Shown here: piece by piece, positions 1-7,353 of the stretch
Layout of the letters: the number at the start of each line of letters is the position of its first letter
How positions within the stretch are numbered: the stretch's first letter is position 1
Notes under the pieces: model-generated
Databases searched by the model: none
What the model saw: only the letters and a program-made list of their open reading frames with translations
What the model was told of the DNA's origin: nothing
Translations under genes and position numbers: made by a program
Assembly: GCA_963851005.1 (NCBI GenBank)
Contig: CAWKNI010000002.1
Coordinates: 76,253-140,252 of the forward strand
DNA length: 64,000 nucleotides
Direction: 5' to 3'
Source of the DNA: an uncultured delta proteobacterium
GTDB taxonomy: Bacteria; Desulfobacterota; Syntrophia; Syntrophales; Smithellaceae

Positions 1-780
1 GCATTCGACCCAGTATGGGACCGGTTGGTATTTGCTGGTGCGATTTCGGGGTTGGCGGCTGAGGCGCAGGCATATATAGCCCGTTACGGCGCAACTGACC
101 GCGACGGCGCAAGGGTCAGCGTTCGAGACAGGAAACACGCAATGAACAATCCTCACGCACAGCTCAGAAAGGAAGTAACTCTCGAGGACGTGCTTGCTTC
201 CCCGATGCTGTCTGATCCAATCCACCTCTTAGACGTTTGTCCCCGTTCCGACGGCGCATGCGCGGTCATTATGGCCAGCGAAGATGTGGCTGAGAAAATC
301 TGCCCGAAACCGGACTGGATTTGGGGTACGGCGGCGCGGCATTCGTATAGTTACATTGGTGATGCCGATTTCGGACGCCTGACCAGTATGCGCGAAGGAT
401 CGCAGGAACTATGGAAGAAGGCGGGCATCAAGGAGCCTCGCAAGGAACTAGACGTCATTGAGCTCTACCAGCCCTATTCCTTTGGCGGTCTGATTTGGAT
501 TGAGGACATGGGCCTTGTCGGTCCCGGTGAGGCGCCTCAATATATCTGGGACGGAAATACCGACATGGGCGGTGAGTTGCCCATCAACCCTTCGGGCGGA
601 GTTATTGCGACCAATCCCATCGGGGCGACCGGTCTGATCCGCTGCGCGGAAGCAGCGATGCAGGTAATGGGCAAGGCTGAAGGTCGGCAGGTTCCTGACG
701 TCAATCTCGCTTTCAGCAGTGGTTTCGGCGGTTGCTGGTGGACCGATATGATTTTGCACGGCAAGAGAAAACCGAAGTGA
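1..780 (+). CDS. Thiolase-superfamily protein, C-terminal part (SCP-x/Ltp-type thiolase); 5' end runs off the window
   Basis: The frame of the 25..780 ORF stays open back to nt 1. Thiolase C-terminal signatures are present (NPSGGVIATNPIGATGLIRCAEAAMQVMG, GFGG near the C-terminus). A DUF35 partner gene follows 19 nt downstream. Confidence 0.8.
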   Translation, partial: AFDPVWDRLVFAGAISGLAAEAQAYIARYGATDRDGARVSVRDRKHAMNNPHAQLRKEVTLEDVLASPMLSDPIHLLDVCPRSDGACAVIMASEDVAEKICPKPDWIWGTAARHSYSYIGDADFGRLTSMREGSQELWKKAGIKEPRKELDVIELYQPYSFGGLIWIEDMGLVGPGEAPQYIWDGNTDMGGELPINPSGGVIATNPIGATGLIRCAEAAMQVMGKAEGRQVPDVNLAFSSGFGGCWWTDMILHGKRKPK

Positions 781-799
781 CCTAATAGGAGTAAAGATT

Positions 800-1264
800 A
801 TGACAGAAAAAGAACAAATCATCGTTGAGTCGGGTGACGCGGTGCAACCCTTCGCATATTCAGTGGGAATGCATGGAAGCAAGTTTTTCACCGAAATAAG
901 AGATAATCAGCGCTTCATGGGTATCAGGTGTCCCAAATGCAAAAAGGTATATATTCCGCCGCGCCGCGTGTGCGGTGATTGCTTTGTTGAAATGAACGAT
1001 TGGGTCGAGGTGGGACCGAGGGGAGTCATCGGAACCTTCACCATCCTCCGTTTCGCCTTCATCGATCCGGAGACGGGACACCAGAAACCGGTTCCTTACG
1101 GCTACGGCTTCATCAAATTCGACGGAGCTGATACACTTTTTCAGCACTACATCAGCGTTGAGGACGAAACGAAAATTCGCATCGGCGCACGGGTTGAGCC
1201 TGTATTCTCCAAAGATCGCAAGGGCAGCATACGGGATATTGAGTATTTTAAAGTAATAGATTGA
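800..1264 (+). CDS. DUF35 family Zn-ribbon/OB-fold protein (thiolase partner)
   Basis: Rubredoxin-like CPKCKKVYIPPRRVCGDC motif followed by OB-fold-like sequence. AGGAG-like RBS (taggag) upstream. Adjacent to the thiolase. Confidence 0.8.
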   Translation: MTEKEQIIVESGDAVQPFAYSVGMHGSKFFTEIRDNQRFMGIRCPKCKKVYIPPRRVCGDCFVEMNDWVEVGPRGVIGTFTILRFAFIDPETGHQKPVPYGYGFIKFDGADTLFQHYISVEDETKIRIGARVEPVFSKDRKGSIRDIEYFKVID

Positions 1265-2151
1265 TTATATTTAAGGAGTCTCCGACGATTGAGATAAATC
1301 CATCAAAACGGATATTGAAATTGCCAGGGGCGTTGTGCGGAGGAATCAGTACCGGAACCGATAAGATTCGAAGCGGCTACGGCAACGGCGATTGCCTCTA
1401 CTTCGATTTTGAACACTTGGTCTTTGCTGTGGCTGACGGCTCGGAGCGCTTCCCCTGGGCGTCCCGTGATCTTTTAAATCGACTGTCGGAAAGCCTTGCG
1501 CAATACGGTGTTCCGGACACGGTTTTGGGGTGGAGAGATCTGATTAACAAGGAGATATATTCAGAACAAAAGTATCAGCACAAAACTACATTCAGTTGTG
1601 TAGCCATAAGGCGCGAAGGGGAGGATGTCAACCTGATAATTTCACACGGCGGCGACAGCGCTGTAACAGTTATGAACAGTGTCACCGGCTCTATATGTCA
1701 GCAGACCGACCGCGACATGAATTTCGCGGGAAGGAGCAAGGAGATCGTGGATGTAGCGAAGTATCGGCTGGCGGACCGCGACAGCCGAGTGCTCGTTTCG
1801 ACGGATGGGTTCAATGATGTATGGCGATTCTGCCTGCGCCAGTCGCTGCTCGGCGGTGCGAGTGATGTGTTTAAACGCTATCCGGTGGACAGTATTTGTG
1901 AAATGATTCACGGAATATTGGAGAAGAACAAGAGCAGGTTTGAATACGATGATATCGGTTTTATAATTATTGATCCGTTTCGGGCAGAAACTATAAAGGA
2001 AAAGTCAGTGCTGATGGGCGGGACGCGGCCACACGAGGAAAAGCGGTTCCAGGAGGAATACCTGTATGGATCTTATGACCAGTGGATTTCCGGCTCACGG
2101 TGGAGCGAATATGCCGATATTTTCGCAGAAGCGGGGATACAGATTAAGTGA
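1261..2151 (+). CDS. PP2C-like phosphatase-fold protein (start codon uncertain; TTG at 1261)
   Basis: PP2C-like motif series: FAVADGSE, SHGGDSAVTV, LVSTDGFNDV, YDDIGFIIID. The canonical DGMGG box is absent, so the assignment is tentative. Confidence 0.5.
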   Translation: MIIFKESPTIEINPSKRILKLPGALCGGISTGTDKIRSGYGNGDCLYFDFEHLVFAVADGSERFPWASRDLLNRLSESLAQYGVPDTVLGWRDLINKEIYSEQKYQHKTTFSCVAIRREGEDVNLIISHGGDSAVTVMNSVTGSICQQTDRDMNFAGRSKEIVDVAKYRLADRDSRVLVSTDGFNDVWRFCLRQSLLGGASDVFKRYPVDSICEMIHGILEKNKSRFEYDDIGFIIIDPFRAETIKEKSVLMGGTRPHEEKRFQEEYLYGSYDQWISGSRWSEYADIFAEAGIQIK

Positions 2152-2338
2152 GGAGGATGTCCGACGCCGGCGTCTCTACCGGAAAGTGCATCAATCCCGC
2201 GAGACTTGGAATCCCCGGGCGCCAGCCGGGGGAGGAATGCGGTATAACTCGCGGGAGGTCGCGTTGATACAGGGAGCCTCCGGCTCCTGCCGGAGGGGGC
2301 TCCACTAGGGTATATTTCATAAGGGAGTTTTCGAAGAT

Positions 2339-2947
2339 ATGAAAGAAAAAACCAAGAAGGACATCAGCAATACCAGACGGGCTCAACTGACACGGGCGGC
2401 ATACAAGGTAGTCGGGCAAAAGGGTTACTACGATTTCACGATACGGGACATCGCCCGGGAAGCAGGCCTATCAACAGGTTTAGTTCATTATTACTTCAAG
2501 AACAAGGAGGATCTCCTGCTCAATCTGTTGAAGGAGATGAACGCCAATCTCAAATATTATCTCAATAAGGCGCTCTCGGCGCTTTCGGACCCGCGGGACA
2601 AACTACTGACCTTCTGCGATCAGGCGTTTGATCTGGTGGACAAGGAAAAAGCTTATTTTCACGTGCTCATCGATTTTTGGGCGCAGATGAATCATAACAA
2701 TCGAATTCGTCAGGCGAACGTTAAGCTCTTCCAGAGCTACCGTGATGAGATTTCGGCAATTCTCAAGGAGGGGGCTGCAAGCGGTTTATTTAAAATTACA
2801 GATGTGAAACTAACGTCGGTAATCATCATATCCCTTATCCAGGGAACCATTATTCAGTATGTAATTGATAACGGGGCGTTCGATTACCGCGAGTACACGG
2901 GGAGAATTAAAGAACAGATTCTCTCCATAGTCATGAAGAACAAATAA
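2339..2947 (+). CDS. TetR/AcrR family transcriptional regulator
   Basis: N-terminal HTH TIRDIAREAGLSTGLVHYYFKNKEDLL, about 200 aa, located upstream of acyl-CoA dehydrogenase genes. Confidence 0.9.
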   Translation: MKEKTKKDISNTRRAQLTRAAYKVVGQKGYYDFTIRDIAREAGLSTGLVHYYFKNKEDLLLNLLKEMNANLKYYLNKALSALSDPRDKLLTFCDQAFDLVDKEKAYFHVLIDFWAQMNHNNRIRQANVKLFQSYRDEISAILKEGAASGLFKITDVKLTSVIIISLIQGTIIQYVIDNGAFDYREYTGRIKEQILSIVMKNK

Positions 2948-2966
2948 TCCATTTAAGGAGGCATTC

Positions 2967-4118
2967 ATGGAATTCGGTTATACTGAAGAACAATTAATGT
3001 TTAAAGATTCAGTCTATAAGTTTGCAAAAAAGGAAATTGTGCCGCTTTGTGAGGAGGCTAACCTCAAAGGCGAGTTCTCAAAAGAGGTATGGCGGAAGCT
3101 GGGAGAGATGGGGCTTCTGGGTCTGCCGTTTCCGGAAGAATTGGGTGGATCGGGCGCTAGTGTCGTGACCTGTTGTCTCGCGGGTGAGGCCTTGGGACAT
3201 GCGGGCGTCGACCAGGGACACCTATTGGCGCTGGGTGCTCATACCTATTTGTGCGCGGATACCATATTCAAACATGGGACGCCCGAACAACTTAAAAAGT
3301 ACGTCCCTAAACTCGCCAGTGGTGAATGGATAGGGTGCATGGGACTTACGGAACCGGGCGCCGGTTCAGATGCCGCTTCGATCACGACTTCAGCCGTCAA
3401 GAAAGATGGCAAGTGGATTCTCAACGGGACAAAAACATTTATCACCAACGCGCCGGTGTGTAATGTATGTGTAGTCTATGCAACCGTTGACAAAGCGTTA
3501 AAGCACAACGGGATTACCGCTTTTATTATAGAAAGAGGGTTCCCCGGATTCTCCACCGGCACGCCATTTCACAAGATGGGCGTACGGGCATCCGCCACCT
3601 CCGAGGTGATTATGGATAACTGCGAAGTTCCGGAAGAGAACCTGCTGGGTGAGGTCGGCAAGGGATTTGAATATACGCACGAGACCCTTTCCTGGGACAG
3701 AAGTTCACTTTTGTCTCCCTTCGTCGGCGGTATGCAGTTCGCCATCGAGGCGTGCACCAAGTACTCTCAGGAGCGGGTGCAATTCGGTAAACCGATTAAC
3801 AAGTTTCAGGCAATCCAGCACAAATTGGCGGATTTGAAAATTATAAAAGAGGCCGCGAAAATGGCTGTTTACCGCGTTGCTCATGATAAAGATTCAGGCA
3901 AACCTCTCAATCACATGCATACCTCCATTGCGAAAGCCATTGTAGGCGACTGGGGCATGAAGGCCGCAAGCGATGCAGTCCAGATATTCGGCGGCTACGG
4001 ATACATCCACGAATATCCGATCGAACATTTTCTCAGAGACGCGAAGCTGGGGCAGATCGGCGGGGGGACATCCGAAATGCAGCGGTTCATCATATCGCGT
4101 ATCTTGAGCTTTTTCTAA
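2967..4118 (+). CDS. Acyl-CoA dehydrogenase family protein (Gly at the MCAD-type catalytic Glu position)
   Basis: ACAD motifs GCMGLTEPGAGSDAAS and KTFITNA. The C-terminal QIGGGTSEMQ carries GGG (4062-4064) where the paralogue has GEG. AGGAG RBS upstream. Confidence 0.9.
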   Translation: MEFGYTEEQLMFKDSVYKFAKKEIVPLCEEANLKGEFSKEVWRKLGEMGLLGLPFPEELGGSGASVVTCCLAGEALGHAGVDQGHLLALGAHTYLCADTIFKHGTPEQLKKYVPKLASGEWIGCMGLTEPGAGSDAASITTSAVKKDGKWILNGTKTFITNAPVCNVCVVYATVDKALKHNGITAFIIERGFPGFSTGTPFHKMGVRASATSEVIMDNCEVPEENLLGEVGKGFEYTHETLSWDRSSLLSPFVGGMQFAIEACTKYSQERVQFGKPINKFQAIQHKLADLKIIKEAAKMAVYRVAHDKDSGKPLNHMHTSIAKAIVGDWGMKAASDAVQIFGGYGYIHEYPIEHFLRDAKLGQIGGGTSEMQRFIISRILSFF

Positions 4119-4168
4119 ATGAAGAGCCAGGGCATAGAAAAAACAGACATCAAACAGGAGAAAATATT

Positions 4169-5341
4169 ATGAACTATGATTTGACACCGGATCAATTATC
4201 GATAAAGGACAATTTTACGAAATTTTGCACCAAGGAAATAGAACCGCGCGCCTCCATGCTGGATGAAGCCTCACATGATGAAGCGGCCAAATTGATGAAA
4301 GAGAATATTAAGCTGATGGCCGGTATCGGCTATCTAGGCATCGGACATGAAGAAGCCTATGGCGGCATGAATCTTGATTTAATCAGCCAGGCGATCGCGG
4401 GGGAAGCAGTGGCCAGTGCCTGCGCCTCAACGTTTTTATCATGCGGCGCCTCCAGCGGTCTTTTCGGTATGCCGATTCGACTTTTCGGCACGGAAGAGCA
4501 AAAACAGAAATATCTTCCGCGGATCATTAAGGGTGAAATTATCGGCTGTTTCGGTCTGACCGAACCCGAAGCCGGTTCTGATGCGGCTTCCATCAAGACC
4601 ACTGCTGTTAAACAGGGAGACAAGTGGATTCTCAACGGGACAAAAACATTTATCACGAACGCGACGATCGCCGATGCGGCGCTGATTTTTGCCTATGACG
4701 ACAAAGCGAAGGGACCGGGAGCAGGCGTAACGTGTTTTTTGGTGGATAAAGGAACTAAGGGATTTTCGGCGGGCAAACCATTCGACAAGATGGGTTTTCG
4801 CGGCTCTCCCACGGCCGAACTAATCCTGCAGGACTGCGAAGTGCCCGACAGCGCCGTTCTCGGAAAAGTTGGCAACGGTTTCATCCAGGCGATGCAGACA
4901 CTGGAGTACGGCCGCGTCGGCATGGCGACTGTTTGTCTCGGAATAGCGGCTAAGTGTCTGGAACACGCGAATAAGTATTCAAAAGAGCGAAAAGTCTTCG
5001 GAAAGCCGATCAACCGTTTTCAGGACATCTCCTTCAAGCTGGCCGATATGATGATCATGTCCGATGTGGCGCGGCTCCTTATCTATCAAGCCTCATGGGC
5101 CAAAGAAACGAATCATCCCGAATCCGCCGTATTGGCATCGGTCGCTAAAGTTTGGGCTTCCGAGACGGCAAAGCAGATATCCGATATGGCGGTACAGGTC
5201 TTCGGCGGTTATGGCTATATCAAGGAATTTCCCGTGGAGCGTCTCTACCGTGATGCCAGGCTAGGTGAGATAGGCGAGGGAACATCAGAAATACAGCGTA
5301 TTTTGATCGCAAAGGATTTGATAAGGAAATACGCAGCGTAA
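4169..5341 (+). CDS. Acyl-CoA dehydrogenase (catalytic Glu present)
   Basis: GCFGLTEPEAGSDAAS, KTFITNA, and C-terminal EIGEGTSEIQ with Glu at 5276-5278. Confidence 0.9.
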   Translation: MNYDLTPDQLSIKDNFTKFCTKEIEPRASMLDEASHDEAAKLMKENIKLMAGIGYLGIGHEEAYGGMNLDLISQAIAGEAVASACASTFLSCGASSGLFGMPIRLFGTEEQKQKYLPRIIKGEIIGCFGLTEPEAGSDAASIKTTAVKQGDKWILNGTKTFITNATIADAALIFAYDDKAKGPGAGVTCFLVDKGTKGFSAGKPFDKMGFRGSPTAELILQDCEVPDSAVLGKVGNGFIQAMQTLEYGRVGMATVCLGIAAKCLEHANKYSKERKVFGKPINRFQDISFKLADMMIMSDVARLLIYQASWAKETNHPESAVLASVAKVWASETAKQISDMAVQVFGGYGYIKEFPVERLYRDARLGEIGEGTSEIQRILIAKDLIRKYAA

Positions 5342-5404
5342 ATTGTGAAACAAGGGGATCACTCCTCCTGTTTGGGGGTAATACAACATTAAGGAGAAAT
5401 ACCT

Positions 5405-5842
5405 ATGTCAATAGATACAAAATTCATCGGCAAAACATATCCATCCTCTACTTATGAGGTGGGCAGGGAAAAAATTAAGGAATACGCGAAAGCGATTAAG
5501 AATCTGGACCCACATTATGTTGACGACGATTTCGCCAAAAAATCGAAGTACGGCACGATCATCGCGCCTCCCACCTTCGCGGTTGTATTTGGCGCATACC
5601 TGATTGAGCCCGTGTTCACTGACAAAGAGTTGAACCTGAATATGGCGATGCTCGTGCACGGCGAGCAGGAGCTGGAATTCTTGGATGTTGTCAAGGCAGG
5701 CGATTCTATCACCACCAGTGCGAAAATTGTCGATATCAAAAACAAAGAAAAACTGGATGTCATTTCCGTCGAAATTAAATCAAAAAACCAGCGCGGCAAC
5801 GACGTGTGCCGTGGAATTTATACTTTTGTGGTAAGGAAATAG
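5405..5842 (+). CDS. MaoC-like hot-dog protein, N-type (non-catalytic partner of a heteromeric enoyl-CoA hydratase)
   Basis: 145-aa hot-dog-sized ORF with no hydratase-2 motif, immediately upstream of the catalytic MaoC subunit. AGGAG RBS upstream. Confidence 0.7.
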   Translation: MSIDTKFIGKTYPSSTYEVGREKIKEYAKAIKNLDPHYVDDDFAKKSKYGTIIAPPTFAVVFGAYLIEPVFTDKELNLNMAMLVHGEQELEFLDVVKAGDSITTSAKIVDIKNKEKLDVISVEIKSKNQRGNDVCRGIYTFVVRK

Positions 5843-5852
5843 GAGGTGCGCT

Positions 5853-6239
5853 ATGGCAATTGAAAAAGGACAGACATTCACCGGAAGCGAGAAAGTCGAT
5901 AAATACCGGCCGATATACTATGCCGGCGCATCAGGCGATTTTAACCCCATACATATAGATCCGGAGTTTGGAAAGATGGTGGGGCTGGGTGGAGCGATCC
6001 TCCAGGGATTATGCACACTCGCCTTCGCGGCGAAAACAGTCACCGACTGGGCAGGCGATCCCGGCAAATTGAAAAAAATAAAGTGCCGCTTCAGCGCTCC
6101 GGTTATGATGGAAGACACAATTTCGATACAGGGTGTTGTTGGCGACGTGCAGGCAGGCCAAGCCAAGATAAATCTCAAGGTCACAAACCAGAGCGGAGCC
6201 GAAGTGCTCCAGAATGTTGAGGTAGAGGTCAAGGCGTAA
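5853..6239 (+). CDS. MaoC dehydratase / (R)-specific enoyl-CoA hydratase subunit
   Basis: Hydratase-2 motif YAGASGDFNPIHIDPEFGK. Confidence 0.85.
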   Translation: MAIEKGQTFTGSEKVDKYRPIYYAGASGDFNPIHIDPEFGKMVGLGGAILQGLCTLAFAAKTVTDWAGDPGKLKKIKCRFSAPVMMEDTISIQGVVGDVQAGQAKINLKVTNQSGAEVLQNVEVEVKA

Positions 6240-6256
6240 TTGAGAGAGACCCTTTA

Positions 6257-7231
6257 TTATTTATTGCGGGAGAGAATATACTCGGCAACGGCATGAAGTT
6301 GATCTTTTTCCATACATTCGGGGAAAATATTCAGTTGTCTCTGAGCATCTCTGATAAATCTTTCAGCGCATTGAAAAGAATAATCGATTCCTTTATATTT
6401 TTCAATCAACCTGAGAATTTCTCGCGCCGCTTTCTGCGTGCCTTTTTTACGGGTTATTATTTCTTTAATTTTGTTTTTCTCTTCTTCCGTGCTTTGCCTG
6501 AGGGCGAATATTAAAGGCAGGGTTATTTTCCCTTCTTCCAGATCCTTGCCGATTGATTTGCCGAATTCCCGCTCCGTGGCCGTGAAGTCCAGAATATCAT
6601 CCGTTATCTGAAAGGCCATGCCCGCGTTAATGCCGAATCTCGCCAGCGCGTCAATTGTTTTCCGAGGCGCTGAGCCCAGAATCGCTCCGGTAGAGCAGGC
6701 AGCAGAAATCAGAACAGCGGTTTTCTTTTCAATAATGGTTAAATATTCAACTTCGGTCAGATTTATATCGCCGCATTTGGTGAGCTGAAAAACCTCGCCC
6801 TCCGACATGATATCCCCCATTTCAGAAATAAGTTTTAAAATATCAAGATTGCCGATTCCAGTCATCAGCATGTAGGATTTAAAGCAAAGAAAATCGCCGA
6901 CGAGAATGCTGATGGCGTTTCCGAAAATTTTGTTGGCGGAGGTTTTGTTGCGCCTTATTGAAGCCTGATCAATGACATCATCATGCAGTAAAGTGCCGGT
7001 ATGGATAAATTCCATCACTGTGGCCATCGGGAAACGTTGATTTCCCCGATAACCGCAGAGACGGGTGCAAATCAAAAGCAGAAGCGGCCGCAATCTTTTC
7101 CCGCCGCTGTCGATTAAATGATGCGCAACTTCGGGAATCAATTTAATTTCGGAAGTTACATGTTCATTAATGTATTTTTCGACCTGCTGGAGATCGTCTT
7201 TATATGCGGAGAAGACATCTTGAATGAGCAT
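6257..7231 (-). CDS. ispB: Polyprenyl diphosphate synthase (IspB-like, trans-type)
   Basis: First and second Asp-rich motifs LLHDDVIDQASIRR and FQITDDILDF; 324 aa. Confidence 0.85.
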   Translation of the reverse strand: MLIQDVFSAYKDDLQQVEKYINEHVTSEIKLIPEVAHHLIDSGGKRLRPLLLLICTRLCGYRGNQRFPMATVMEFIHTGTLLHDDVIDQASIRRNKTSANKIFGNAISILVGDFLCFKSYMLMTGIGNLDILKLISEMGDIMSEGEVFQLTKCGDINLTEVEYLTIIEKKTAVLISAACSTGAILGSAPRKTIDALARFGINAGMAFQITDDILDFTATEREFGKSIGKDLEEGKITLPLIFALRQSTEEEKNKIKEIITRKKGTQKAAREILRLIEKYKGIDYSFQCAERFIRDAQRQLNIFPECMEKDQLHAVAEYILSRNK

Positions 7232-7353
7232 TGTAAATTTACCTTGTAAGTGAAATAAACGCAGATGACTATATTTTAATTACCAGTCTGTTGTCAAAAG
7301 CTTTCTTGGGGTTCATATCCGTGATTCTCGTCGTCAACCGCCTTTATGAGGCA

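Noticed and set aside
2066-2308. 80-aa ORF in the GC-rich spacer after the PP2C-like gene (and the antisense ORF at 2144-2419).
   Set aside because: It overlaps the end of the upstream CDS, and its Arg/Gly-rich translation is produced by palindromic GC-rich hairpin DNA. This looks like a structural or regulatory spacer rather than coding sequence.
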